Both the position numbers and the translations under genes were made by a program. The notes under the pieces are model-generated. The model was given only the letters and a program-made list of their open reading frames with translations. It made no database searches and was not told the DNA's origin. From Candidatus Hydrogenedentota bacterium (GTDB lineage Bacteria > Hydrogenedentota > Hydrogenedentia > Hydrogenedentales > SLHB01), in contig CAVUWV010000028.1 of the NCBI GenBank assembly GCA_963745075.1, positions 156,530-220,529 of the forward strand: a stretch of 64,000 nucleotides of DNA, in the 5' to 3' direction. Of this stretch, positions 1 to 9,724 are shown in pieces (positions within the stretch are counted from its first letter, which is position 1; each line of letters begins with the position of its first letter).

Positions 1-2337
1 CGCCATTCCGCAGAGTCGTTCGACGATGCGTACCGGGCAGCACAGGGCGATTAACGTTGCCACAACGCGATCGCCGCTCGTGATCGATTTCTTCACGTCG
101 TCGAGATAGATCGCGGTGCCGGGGACTTCGACGGGAAAGCGCTCCAGAAACTCCTTTGCAGTCAGTACGTGCTGGATCCCGCATTGCCGCGCGGCGGATT
201 GAATGGATTGGGCTGACGCGGTGTAATTGAGATTTACTGCGACCTTGCCCATAAACTGCACCGCAATGTTCGCCAGCGCGCCACCCACCGACTGCGGCAG
301 CAATAAGCCGATCATCTCCTCGGGTCCCACGAGATTCTTCAGTTTGCGGGCCAGGGCAATGGACCCCACGTAGGTCTTGAAGAACGACAACTTTGGGGTG
401 CGCCCGTCGCCGATGGCCATCATGAAGGGGTGCTTGCGCACCGTTCGCACGAAGCTTCGGTGCAACAGCGGGCACTCCAGCTCCCGATGCAGGTAGGCGT
501 CCGAGCCCAGTTCCTGCACGGCCGTCCGTACCGACGCCGAATCGCTGTCGTGGCTCAATGGTTCGCCGATGCTGACCCCGATGGGATAGGGAATGCGGCG
601 CGGCCGCTTGAAGAAGAACTTGCCGTTCGCGAAACTGAAGATACTGCCCCACAACTGATCCAGGTATACGGGAATGATGGGCGCCTCGACGCCTTTCATA
701 ATCCGCTCGAACCCTTTGCGGAACGGCAGCATCTGTCCCGTCCGCGAAATCTGGCCCTCGGCGAAGATACAGACAATTTCGCCATTCTGAATGGCCGTGG
801 TGGCCGTACGCAGCGACTCGACCAATTCCCGCGGTCCACCCATGGCGGAAATCGGAATGGCCTGCATCATCTTCGCGATGGGTCGAATCCACGGTATCTG
901 ATAGATTTCATCGGCCATGATGAACCGGATGGGCCGGTCGATTGATGCGGTGATTACAAGCGCATCGATAAACGAAACATGGTTCGCGACCAACAGCGCA
1001 CCGCCCTCTTCCGGAATGTGCTCGCGGCCGGTGACTTTGAGCCGGTAGATGGTATTGGTGAGAATCCAGAGGATGGACCGTACCAGCATGATTGGCAGAA
1101 TCAAACAGGACACGCCAAGGACGGTCAAGGTCGCGACGCCGGTAAACAGGAATGCCGTGCGGCTCCCCATGCCCAACTGGCCCATCCCAAGATACGCCGC
1201 GTTGCCGAGAAGAATACCGACCCACGTCATCATGTTCGTGGTGGCGATGATTCCCCCACGGGCCTCTTTCGGGCTACGTTGTTGGAGACCGGCGGCCAAT
1301 GGCACGTCAAACACGCCGCCGCCGATACCGATGAACAAAAGCATCAGGGCCGCCGCGGGATAGGAAACGCCCAGCCACGGCATCAAAATACAACTCACGG
1401 CCAAGAGTCCGGCGCCCAGTGGCACCAGGCCGACTTCGATCTTTCCACGCGACACATAGCCTGCGGTCATCGCTCCGCCACCGATGCCCAGCGACAATAC
1501 CGCGCTCAAGATCCCTGTCTCCGTTTCGCCAAGACCGAGTTGAAGTTCCGCATAGTCCATGATTGCGGTAAACAGCAACGCACCGGCGAACCAGAAATAG
1601 CTGTACCCGAAGACAATCATCCGGAGCCAGCGGTCGCCCCAAATGATTTTGAAATCGTGCCCCATTCCCGACCATGGATTCATCCGGATGAGGCGTTCAG
1701 GGTTCGCCGCCGGAGGCTCCGTAATTCCGTACGAGGTCATCAAGCCAAACGCCGACAATCCCATGAGCACCACGCCGGCGAAGTACACGCGATCGATGCC
1801 CAACGCTTCGAACAAGTATCCGGCCAAGGCCGTGCCCGCGATGATTGCGATCATGGTCGTCATCTGAACGATGCCGTTGGCCCATGACAGGCGTTCTTCG
1901 GGGAGCATTTCGGGGAGGATGCCGTACTTCGCGGGTCCGAACATGGCCGACTGACTCGCCATCAGAAACATGACGACCCAAAGGACCATGGGCTCATGGA
2001 ACCAGAACCCAAGCGCACCGAGCCCCATGATCCCGACCTCGAGATACTTCGTCCACACCGCGACTCGTTTCTTGCTGAAGCGGTCGGAAAGCGAACCGAA
2101 GAAACCGGGAAACAGGATGAACGGCACCGCGAGTATCACACCCGCGATTGCCATGATCGTGCCCCGCTCTGTTACGCTGCCGTTGGAGGTCGCGTAGGCC
2201 GCAAGGGCGAAGACCATAACCAGCTTGTAGAGGTTGTCGTTGAAGGCCCCCTGGAATTGGGTTACGACCAGCGCCCAGAACCCTGGAGCGCGGTATTCTT
2301 TTCGATGCGTTTCGTAAGCGGGCACCGATGCATTCAT
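1..2337 (-). CDS. aas: Acyl-ACP--phospholipid O-acyltransferase / acyl-ACP synthetase fusion (MFS + PlsC + AMP-binding); 3' end runs off the window
   Basis: Not in the ORF track because it is open at the edge. Manual translation from ATG at 2337 (GGGGAGG RBS) gives MNASVPAYETHRKEYRAPGFWALVVTQFQGAFNDNLYKL, an LplT-like MFS start, followed by PlsC motifs (NHVSFIDA, IFAEGQI) and an acyl-ACP synthetase region (NLNYTAS). Confidence 0.9.
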   Translation of the reverse strand, partial: MNASVPAYETHRKEYRAPGFWALVVTQFQGAFNDNLYKLVMVFALAAYATSNGSVTERGTIMAIAGVILAVPFILFPGFFGSLSDRFSKKRVAVWTKYLEVGIMGLGALGFWFHEPMVLWVVMFLMASQSAMFGPAKYGILPEMLPEERLSWANGIVQMTTMIAIIAGTALAGYLFEALGIDRVYFAGVVLMGLSAFGLMTSYGITEPPAANPERLIRMNPWSGMGHDFKIIWGDRWLRMIVFGYSYFWFAGALLFTAIMDYAELQLGLGETETGILSAVLSLGIGGGAMTAGYVSRGKIEVGLVPLGAGLLAVSCILMPWLGVSYPAAALMLLFIGIGGGVFDVPLAAGLQQRSPKEARGGIIATTNMMTWVGILLGNAAYLGMGQLGMGSRTAFLFTGVATLTVLGVSCLILPIMLVRSILWILTNTIYRLKVTGREHIPEEGGALLVANHVSFIDALVITASIDRPIRFIMADEIYQIPWIRPIAKMMQAIPISAMGGPRELVESLRTATTAIQNGEIVCIFAEGQISRTGQMLPFRKGFERIMKGVEAPIIPVYLDQLWGSIFSFANGKFFFKRPRRIPYPIGVSIGEPLSHDSDSASVRTAVQELGSDAYLHRELECPLLHRSFVRTVRKHPFMMAIGDGRTPKLSFFKTYVGSIALARKLKNLVGPEEMIGLLLPQSVGGALANIAVQFMGKVAVNLNYTASAQSIQSAARQCGIQHVLTAKEFLERFPVEVPGTAIYLDDVKKSITSGDRVVATLIALCCPVRIVERLCGMA

Positions 2338-2421
2338 GAGGAATTCCTCCCCTGAGGCCTACCGCACCGTAGGACCTCCGCCTTCATCCCATTAGTATAA
2401 ACCTTTGCAGCGTCCAGCGCC

Positions 2422-2919
2422 TTAAGAAGATCGTGCCTTGGATAAGGTCTCCTGAAGCGCGCCCGTTTTCATCCGGATGCGCTCCAATACGCGAATCAAC
2501 TGGCGGCAATCGCGCTCATCCAGTCCCTCTATCGCCTTGTGAATGTTCTCGCGATACAAGGGCTCGACCTCGTTCACGAGAGCGAGGCCCTTCTCCGTCA
2601 ACACCACGTGATAGCTCCGCCGGTTGTTCGGCACATCGCGCCGCTCCACGAGTCTCTTACCTTCCAACTTATCCAGCACCGAGGTAACGCTCGCCCGTGT
2701 CACGACCAAACGACGACCCAGATCAGTCTGGGTCACGTTGCGCGGGTTGTACTTCAACGAAAACAAGACGTTGAACTGCGCTTCCGTCAGGTCGAACTGG
2801 CGAAATAGCTGGTCGCCCGCGTTGGACAGGACACTGGCGGTCCGGATAATATTGAGGACCGTTTCGTGATTGACGTCGGAGAAGGGGGCTTCGAGATTCA
2901 ATTCGCGATCGAGTGGCAT
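2422..2919 (-). CDS. MarR family transcriptional regulator
   Basis: LTEAQFNVL...TQTDLGRRLVVTRASVTSVLDKLEGKRLVER...NRRSYHVVLTEKG winged helix. ATG at 2919 with an AGGA RBS is preferred over the track start. Confidence 0.92.
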   Translation of the reverse strand: MPLDRELNLEAPFSDVNHETVLNIIRTASVLSNAGDQLFRQFDLTEAQFNVLFSLKYNPRNVTQTDLGRRLVVTRASVTSVLDKLEGKRLVERRDVPNNRRSYHVVLTEKGLALVNEVEPLYRENIHKAIEGLDERDCRQLIRVLERIRMKTGALQETLSKARSS

Positions 2920-3303
2920 TTGCTTTTCCTTCTGTTGACACCCAAATTGTATCGCATAAAATCGTTTGGCGTCAAACAAAATATTTCTTCCTTATGCCCC
3001 TTCTCACTCGTCCAATCTAAAGACTTACCTTCATTTATGTTACATCTTGACTGTAAACCCAAATGGCCGCGCTTCTTACTGAAATCGATTCCAACATAAA
3101 TGATCCCACGAACGTGAACCCTGCGCGACGTAATGTGATGCATGGGGATGCCCCAACATTACCAATTGGTAAAGTTCCGGTCATGTAAGCGTCAGAACCA
3201 TCATGTAAACTATTACCCGTTCTGGTGTTTGCGTCGCTTGGGCCGAGCTGATACGCGGACGAACCCATACCGACCGGATTTACGCTGAAGGAGAAAAAAC
3301 GAA

Positions 3304-4083
3304 ATGTCCACCCAAACCGTTCTTAGATCGATCGCAATCCTAATCCTGGTGGTGGCGGGTGCGTTTATCGTCGCACCGTCCGCTCATGCGGTAGACCCCA
3401 CTGAACTCGAGCCCGCCGAAGCCTTCGATCCAGGAGTGCTGACGCTGGAATTGGAAGGCGAGTACGACAAGTACAACGATTACGAGGCTGAAGCCGAAGC
3501 CAATCTCGAATATGCATTCTCCGACAAACTGGGGCTTCGCCTCCATGTGCCGGTGGAGTTCGAGGAGAACGAAGACACCGAGTTTGGAGACGTCGGTGTC
3601 CGGCTCAAGTACGTGTTTAATCCCGATGCCGGGACCGCTCCCATCGTTGCCCTTTCCGGTGAAGTCTTCGCGCCGACCGGTGATGACAGCAGCGGCATCG
3701 GCGGCGAGGTGATGTTCACGATCAGCAAGGCCTTGGGAGCGGAAGAGAAGAACAAACTTCATCTTATGCTCGTCGGAGATTACAACAACAACGACGATGA
3801 CGAGCATGACCACTGGGGCGATGATGACGGCGAGCGCGACTTCTATTACGAGGCCGTCGTAGGCTACAGCTACGACGTTTCGGATCAAACCACGTTGGTC
3901 GCGGACTTCGTTCGTAAGCAACTGGAAACCGATGGCGACAACGCGAACATCGTCGAAGTCGGCATCAAGCACGACTTTAACGAAAGTTTTTCGGGTGCCT
4001 TGGGCGTTGGCGCCGGAATCGGAGAAGAGTCACCTGATTTCACGGTCAGAGGGGGCATCGAGTTCCGTTTCGGTCCTAAATAA
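3304..4083 (+). CDS. Exported acidic beta-barrel-like outer-membrane protein
   Basis: Signal peptide ending AHA, alternating beta-strand pattern, FGDVGVRLKY segment, C-terminal GIEFRF, strong AAGGAG RBS. Confidence 0.7.
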   Translation: MSTQTVLRSIAILILVVAGAFIVAPSAHAVDPTELEPAEAFDPGVLTLELEGEYDKYNDYEAEAEANLEYAFSDKLGLRLHVPVEFEENEDTEFGDVGVRLKYVFNPDAGTAPIVALSGEVFAPTGDDSSGIGGEVMFTISKALGAEEKNKLHLMLVGDYNNNDDDEHDHWGDDDGERDFYYEAVVGYSYDVSDQTTLVADFVRKQLETDGDNANIVEVGIKHDFNESFSGALGVGAGIGEESPDFTVRGGIEFRFGPK

Positions 4084-4117
4084 GATTCTCCTTTACTGAC
4101 CTCTGCCATGTCCTGCC

Positions 4118-4156
4118 GAGCCCCGCATCCAACTCGATGCGGGGCTCAAATTTTTT
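4118..4156 (+). terminator. Rho-independent terminator
   Basis: 12-bp stem GAGCCCCGCATC/GATGCGGGGCTC followed by AAATTTTTT. Confidence 0.7.
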
Positions 4157-4267
4157 CGGGTCTTCCCCGACTCGTCTGCAACCAAACACGGCTCCGTGGT
4201 AGCATGAGGGCACGAACCGGCTCTACACTCTATTGATGGTTTCACCCCACCAGAAAGGACGCATCGC

Positions 4268-5164
4268 ATGCGACTGATACTATCCGGAGCTTCGGGTCTG
4301 CTGGGTCCAGCGCTCATGAAGTCCTTGGGCATGGCCGGCTATGACATCCGCCAACTGGTGCGTTCGGCTCCTGAGGGCGAAGGGCAAATCCAATGGAATC
4401 CCTATGCCGGTGTGATGGACGCTACTGCGCTGGATGGAGCCGACGCGCTCATCCATCTCTCGGGCGAGAACATTATGGGACTTCGCTGGACGGACGCGAA
4501 GAAGCGTGCGATCCGCGCCAGCCGGATCAAGACGACGGAGTTTTTGTGCAAGCGCCTTTGTGAAATGCCCCATCCGCCGAAAACCTGGCTGTGCGCGTCG
4601 GCAATAGGATTCTACGGGAACCGCGGAAAGGACATCTGTGACGAAGACAGTCCCCCCGGCTCGGGTTTCTTCAGTGCCCTCTGCCAGGACTGGGAAGATG
4701 CCACCAAGCCCGCGCGAGAAAAGGGTATCCGCGTGGTGAATCTGCGCTTGGGCCTTGTCTTCAGCCCGGATGGCGGCATGTTGCCTATGTTGATTAAGAC
4801 GTTCCGTCTGGGTCTGGGTGGCGTCGTCGGACGCGGCGATCAATACATGAGTTGGGTCGCGATTCAGGACGTGCTTTCGGCCGTGCAGACGCTGCTCGAA
4901 GACGATAGTTTCCAGGGGCCCGTCAACATCGTTGCCCCCAATCCGGTCACCAACCGGGAATTCACGAAAACGCTGGGACGGGTGGTGTCGCGACCAACCT
5001 TCATGCACGTTCCGGCATTTGCTCTGCGGCTGGCGGCAGGAGAGTTGGCGGACGAAGCCTTGCTCGCGAGTACGCGGGTGTACCCCCGACGTCTGTTGGA
5101 TGCCGGATTTGCGTTTTCAATGCAGGATCTTGAAGGCGCGCTTTCCGCAATGGTGGAAATGTAG
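4268..5164 (+). CDS. TIGR01777/YfcH-like NAD-dependent epimerase family oxidoreductase
   Basis: SGASGLLG Rossmann motif, HLSGENI, SAIGFYG, CQDWE, GDQYMSWV, PNPVTNREF. Confidence 0.92.
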   Translation: MRLILSGASGLLGPALMKSLGMAGYDIRQLVRSAPEGEGQIQWNPYAGVMDATALDGADALIHLSGENIMGLRWTDAKKRAIRASRIKTTEFLCKRLCEMPHPPKTWLCASAIGFYGNRGKDICDEDSPPGSGFFSALCQDWEDATKPAREKGIRVVNLRLGLVFSPDGGMLPMLIKTFRLGLGGVVGRGDQYMSWVAIQDVLSAVQTLLEDDSFQGPVNIVAPNPVTNREFTKTLGRVVSRPTFMHVPAFALRLAAGELADEALLASTRVYPRRLLDAGFAFSMQDLEGALSAMVEM

Positions 5165-5221
5165 GGCACCCTCTATCGAGGGGGCACACCTACATGTTCA
5201 ATGATTGGCGGGTGCCGACCG

Positions 5222-5812
5222 TTACGACCCGAAATCGTTCACGGCATGGGACATGATCAGCAGGTCGTGTGTGCTTCCGTCACGGGCCATGATCCAGTCA
5301 CGCAACGTTGCCTCGGGCTGAAACCCCATGCGCTCGAACAGTGCGCGCACGCGCGGTTGATTGGCGGCGATTTGCACGAAAATTCGGGAGAGCCCCATTT
5401 CTTTCCCGACGTGAAAGATTTCCCCGGCCAACCGCCGCCCCAACCCCTTGTGCCGTGCATCGGGCTCCACGAGTATGCGCAGTTCACCCAGATGCTTGGT
5501 CCACATCAATCCATTGTGATGCAGACTTCCGTAGCCGATGACCTTTCGGTTGTCCTTAACAAGGACCGTCACGGTGAGATTCGCCTGAATGTTATAAATC
5601 CACTCGTCAACCACCTTCGGATTGGTGATGTCGTTTCGGAGATACATCAGGTCGGCGTTCGTTAACGTTCGGGCAAACTTCTGAACGACGGCCCGGTCTT
5701 CCGGGGTCATCAATCGGAATGTAACCTTGCGCCCGTCGATTGTTTCGGACCACGGGTAGGTTTGGTGGTTAGGCAGAGTTTGATTCACGACAGTTCCCTC
5801 CTTGTAAAACAA
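5222..5812 (-). CDS. GNAT family N-acetyltransferase
   Basis: LVEPDARHKGLGRRL acetyl-CoA motif A and LFERMGF motif B. Start codon uncertain. Confidence 0.85.
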   Translation of the reverse strand: MFYKEGTVVNQTLPNHQTYPWSETIDGRKVTFRLMTPEDRAVVQKFARTLTNADLMYLRNDITNPKVVDEWIYNIQANLTVTVLVKDNRKVIGYGSLHHNGLMWTKHLGELRILVEPDARHKGLGRRLAGEIFHVGKEMGLSRIFVQIAANQPRVRALFERMGFQPEATLRDWIMARDGSTHDLLIMSHAVNDFGS

Positions 5813-5882
5813 CAGAAGCCCCCTTCCGACGGCGCACCTTTTCCGTCGGGAAGCATAGCCGTAACAACGCAGGGCAGGGTCC

Positions 5883-6269
5883 TTAGCTTACGACCGCTGC
5901 AGGACTCTGCGCCGCTTTACGGGCCGGGGCACGACGTTTCCGCGGTTTCCGCGCGGGCGCCGGTCTCTTGGCGGCGGGTTCCCCGACCCTGCGAAAGAAA
6001 TCGCTGGTGAGATCGAGGCTGGTATCCACGGTCTTGCGGATATCGCGACGGCCGCGACGCACCACGTGAATCCATGCGCCGACGACTTCCTTGCCCTCTT
6101 TCGGGATCCACTTGGCATCGTCGACCCGCCGTTGCACCGCCTTCTCCGACCGTTCCTGGACGGATTCCACGGTCTTGACGGCGCGGTCGAAGATACGCTT
6201 GTCCCATTCGATGACCCGCGCGACAACCATCGCCGCACGGTGCCGCAGGTGGAGCTTCTGCTTTTTCAT
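5883..6269 (-). CDS. Phasin-like amphipathic helical protein with a Lys/Arg/Ala/Pro-rich tail
   Basis: Helical core (...AKWIPKEGKEVVGAWIHVVRRGRRDIRKTVD...) followed by AAKRPAPARKPRKRRAPARKAA. ATG at 6269 with a GGGG RBS. Confidence 0.55.
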   Translation of the reverse strand: MKKQKLHLRHRAAMVVARVIEWDKRIFDRAVKTVESVQERSEKAVQRRVDDAKWIPKEGKEVVGAWIHVVRRGRRDIRKTVDTSLDLTSDFFRRVGEPAAKRPAPARKPRKRRAPARKAAQSPAAVVS

Positions 6270-6654
6270 ACTAAAATCCCCCGGGGTTAAAACCTTTGGA
6301 GCCCCAAAGGATAGTCTATACCCAATTCGTGCACCGCGCAAGATGTCCGCGCTGCACGCTCGTCGGACAGGGCAAGATTGCGACACCACTCGGAACGGAT
6401 AAGTCCATGGCAACCCATGTATTATCAAGATATTGGCTTACCCTCGCGAATCCCGCCGTTGGCAAGGGCCAACATCGGTCGTCACCGTATTACGGTCAGC
6501 AAAACCCCGAAGTTCATTTGCGAACCGTTTGCCCTGTGCGCTATCATATCGGCTTGATACCAAGGCGTGACTGTGGCCAGTCGTGTGTCCTGCATTCGGT
6601 CTACTATCCAGGACCAGCGGAGATTGGCCACTCAGAAAACAAGGGGAAATGGAC

Positions 6655-7755
6655 ATGGCGAAAGTCGATTTTGGCGGAGTCAAAGAGGATGTCATTACGC
6701 GCAAGGAATTCTCCTTGGCGAAGGCCCGCCGAGTGCTGAAGAATGAGACCATCGCGATTATCGGGTATGGTGTCCAAGGACCGGCCCAATCGCTCAACAT
6801 GCGGGACAACGGGTTCAACGTGATCATTGGGCAGGCCAAGTCCTTCAAGCGCGATTGGGACCGTGCCGTCAAGGACGGGTGGAAGCCCGGCAAGACCCTG
6901 TTCGACATCGAAGAGGCCGTGCAGCGGGCCACGATCGTGCAGTACCTGGTGTCCGATGCCGCGCAAAAGGCATTGTGGCCTGTCGTGAAGAAGAACTTAA
7001 ACCCGGGCGACGCGCTGTACTTCTCGCACGGATTTTCCATCGTTTACGGCAATCAGACCAAAGTGATTCCGCCCAAGGATGTCGATGTAATCCTGGTTGC
7101 CCCGAAGGGGTCCGGGACCTCCGTGCGACGCAACTTCCTCTCCGGCGCCGGCATCAATTCGAGTTTTGCCGTCCACCAGGACGCCACCGGCCGGGCGCGG
7201 GAACGGGGCATTGCCATCGGCATCGGGATCGGGTCCGGGTATCTGTTCCCGACCACCTTCGAGCATGAGGTGTGGAGCGACCTCACGGGCGAACGCGGCG
7301 TGCTTATGGGCGCGCTGGCGGGCATCATGGAGGCCCAATACGACACCCTGCGCAAGCATGGGCACAGCCCCAGCGAGGCCTTTAATGAGACCGTCGAGGA
7401 ACTCACGCAGAGCCTGATCCGGCTTGTGGACGAAAACGGCATGGACTGGATGTACGCGAACTGCTCGGCCACGGCGCAACGCGGCGCCCTCGATTGGAAA
7501 CCCAAGTTCAAGAAAGCGGTCATGCCGGTGTTCAAGGAACTTTATGAGCGCGTCAAGACCGGCAAAGAGACGGCGCGCGTATTGAAATCCTGCGGGCAGA
7601 AGGATTACCAGAAGCAGTTGACCAAAGAGCTCGACGAAATCGGGAATAGCGAAATGTGGCGGGCCGGCGCCGCGACCCGTGCGTTGCGTCCCAAAGAGAC
7701 GGCCAAAGAAATCACAAAATCCACCAAGGGCGTGGGCGGCCGGAAAGCGAACTAG
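6655..7755 (+). CDS. ilvC: Ketol-acid reductoisomerase
   Basis: IIGYGVQGPAQSLNMRD, FSHGF, VAPKGSG, SDLTGERGVLMG, CSATAQRG. ATG at 6655 (or 6649). Confidence 0.97.
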   Translation: MAKVDFGGVKEDVITRKEFSLAKARRVLKNETIAIIGYGVQGPAQSLNMRDNGFNVIIGQAKSFKRDWDRAVKDGWKPGKTLFDIEEAVQRATIVQYLVSDAAQKALWPVVKKNLNPGDALYFSHGFSIVYGNQTKVIPPKDVDVILVAPKGSGTSVRRNFLSGAGINSSFAVHQDATGRARERGIAIGIGIGSGYLFPTTFEHEVWSDLTGERGVLMGALAGIMEAQYDTLRKHGHSPSEAFNETVEELTQSLIRLVDENGMDWMYANCSATAQRGALDWKPKFKKAVMPVFKELYERVKTGKETARVLKSCGQKDYQKQLTKELDEIGNSEMWRAGAATRALRPKETAKEITKSTKGVGGRKAN

Positions 7756-7797
7756 GCGGTCGCGCCCCGCAACGGGCGGATAGCTATCACGAAGTAA

Positions 7798-7835
7798 GCA
7801 GGTCTCGAACATGGTACGAGACCTGCCTTTTTTTT
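7798..7835 (+). terminator. Rho-independent terminator of ilvC
   Basis: Stem GCAGGTCTCG/CGAGACCTGC followed by 8 T. Confidence 0.85.
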
Positions 7836-7904
7836 GCCCTCGGCGGTGGCGCCGTGCAATACTGGCGGGTGTTTGCCAGCTACATCTATCGAGGGAACAT
7901 CGCC

Positions 7905-9287
7905 ATGAAACGCAAAGCCGAAATTTCCCGCCGCCGGTTTCTGTCCACCACCGCCCGCATCGGGGCCGGCGCCGCGGTTGCGCCACTGATCCTCTCGGGG
8001 TACGCCTCCGGCGCGCCGGGGCCGAACGACCGGATTAACGTGGCGCATATTGGCGTGGGACGCCGGGCGCGGCAGCTCATGGACCTGCCCAAGGATGGCC
8101 AGACAGTCGCCTACGCGGACGTGAACATGAACCGGCTGAAGGAGATGAAGGAAAAGAATCCGGATGCCCGGATCTTCCAGGATTACCGCGAGATGCTCCA
8201 GGAACCGGACATCGACGCGGTGATCATCGCCACGCCCGACCATTGGCACGCGTTGCATACCATCCACGCCTGCGAGGCAGGCAAGGACGTGTACATCGAG
8301 AAACCCATGTCCCTCACCGTCCACGAGGGGCGGGCCATGGTCGACGCGGCGCGCAAGAACGGCCGAATCGTACAGTGCGGGTCGCAACAACGATCCATGG
8401 CGAAGTGCCGGTACGGTTGCGAACTCATTCGGAATGGCCGGATCGGCGCGATTCACACGATCCACGGGGCGAATTATCCGAGCCCCTGGGCCTGCGACCT
8501 CCCGGAGGAAGACCCGCCCGACTATATCGACTGGGATATGTGGTGCGGCCAGACCGAACCGCGCGGCTACTACCCCAACTTGTATCTTCCGCGTGCAGAG
8601 GGGCGGACTTATCCCGACGGGCGGCCCTTGGGCTGGATCTCCTACACACCCTATTCCGGCGGGGAAATGACCGGTTGGGGCGCCCACGGTCTCGATATTA
8701 TTCAATGGGCGCTCGGGACGCAGCTAACCGGGCCGGTGGAAGTCTGGCCGGAACTCGACGGAGACTCGGGACCGGTGTTTGTCTTCGGCAAAGAGTTGGA
8801 TTCGTTTGACGATTGGCCGGAGGCGAAAATGCTGACTTGTCCGGTCAGCATGCGTTACGGAGATGGTGCGGTCGTCCACCTCGACGGCAAAGGTCCCGGT
8901 GGCGGAGCAATCTTTGAAGGAGATAGCGGCCGAATTATGGTCGACCGTGACCAGTACGAGGCCAAGCCCGACATCGACGAGCCGAAGCTGACAGAGTCGC
9001 TGAGCGATACTGGACCCGGAGAGCACACGGATACCGACGGCTACGTACATCTGTACCGGAGCGCGGATCACAAGCAGAACTGGTTCGATTGCATCCGTTC
9101 CCGTGAGTTACCCATCGCCGACGTGGAAATCGGCCATCGCTCGGGGACCATGTGCCATCTCGGCAACATCGCGCGCTGGACCGGGCGGAAGCTGCAATGG
9201 GATCCGAAGAAGGAGCAGTTTGTCGATGACGACGACGCGAACGGCTACCTGAAACGCCCCATGCGCGCGCCGTGGCAGATCGCATAG
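7905..9287 (+). CDS. Tat-exported Gfo/Idh/MocA family oxidoreductase
   Basis: SRRRFL Tat motif, IGVGRR, IATPDHWH, KDVYIEKP, GSQQRS, WGAHGLD. Confidence 0.93.
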   Translation: MKRKAEISRRRFLSTTARIGAGAAVAPLILSGYASGAPGPNDRINVAHIGVGRRARQLMDLPKDGQTVAYADVNMNRLKEMKEKNPDARIFQDYREMLQEPDIDAVIIATPDHWHALHTIHACEAGKDVYIEKPMSLTVHEGRAMVDAARKNGRIVQCGSQQRSMAKCRYGCELIRNGRIGAIHTIHGANYPSPWACDLPEEDPPDYIDWDMWCGQTEPRGYYPNLYLPRAEGRTYPDGRPLGWISYTPYSGGEMTGWGAHGLDIIQWALGTQLTGPVEVWPELDGDSGPVFVFGKELDSFDDWPEAKMLTCPVSMRYGDGAVVHLDGKGPGGGAIFEGDSGRIMVDRDQYEAKPDIDEPKLTESLSDTGPGEHTDTDGYVHLYRSADHKQNWFDCIRSRELPIADVEIGHRSGTMCHLGNIARWTGRKLQWDPKKEQFVDDDDANGYLKRPMRAPWQIA

Positions 9288-9343
9288 GTCCCGCGCTACG
9301 CGAGACTCGTGCTACGCTTCGGAACAGCTACAGAAGAGAATTC

Positions 9344-9500
9344 ACATCCCCCTAGATCCCCCCTTCAAAGGGGGAATTGGTCGCAACGCTTCGTGTTGCG
9401 CATAGGGTCTGCCGGAAGTTTTAACGTTTGTCGTTCACCCGAACGCATGGCAGAAACGAGGGCGATGATCCCCCTTTGAAGGGGGATCAAGGGGGATGTT
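9344..9500. repeat. REPIN/MITE-like element, copy 1
   Basis: Ends CATCCCCCTAGATCCCCCCTTCAAAGGGGGA and TCCCCCTTTGAAGGGGGATCAAGGGGGATG in inverted orientation; internal hairpin CGCAACGCTTCGTGTTGCG. Confidence 0.9.
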
Positions 9501-9569
9501 CTTCAACGCGGACCGCTACTCCCGGACGCGACGACGAAAATCACCTTTCGCCAGTCAACTCACTGAAGG

Positions 9570-9594
9570 GATTCTTCGCTTCGTTCAGAATGAC
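9570..9594. repeat. Single copy of a GATTCTTCGCTTCG(C/T)TCAGAATGAC-type intergenic palindrome
   Basis: Resembles a widespread REP-like motif recalled from other genomes; only one copy here. Confidence 0.4.
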
Positions 9595-9625
9595 GCGGAA
9601 GTGAAGGCCCATTGCTCTGAGGTCA

Positions 9626-9724
9626 TCAGCCCTTTTTGCCGAAGATTCGCGTAAAACAATAGACGTTGAGCGCGAGAATGATGGCCCAGGTCACGCCCAT
9701 GAAGATCCATGCGCCGGGGGTCAT
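9626..9724 (-). CDS. 32-aa single-pass membrane protein, probable small subunit of the NSS transporter (MetS-like)
   Basis: MTPGAWIFMGVTWAIILALNVYCFTRIFGKKG*. The start overlaps the transporter stop (ATGA) and a GGAGG RBS lies inside the transporter gene. Confidence 0.8.
   Translation of the reverse strand: MTPGAWIFMGVTWAIILALNVYCFTRIFGKKG

Noticed and set aside
430..2355. Plus-strand ORFs at the window start
   Set aside because: Antisense shadows of the aas gene, which the track missed because it runs off the edge.
6270..6654. Branched-chain amino-acid attenuator or T-box upstream of ilvC
   Set aside because: No Ile/Leu/Val-rich leader peptide, T-box motif or terminator was recognised.
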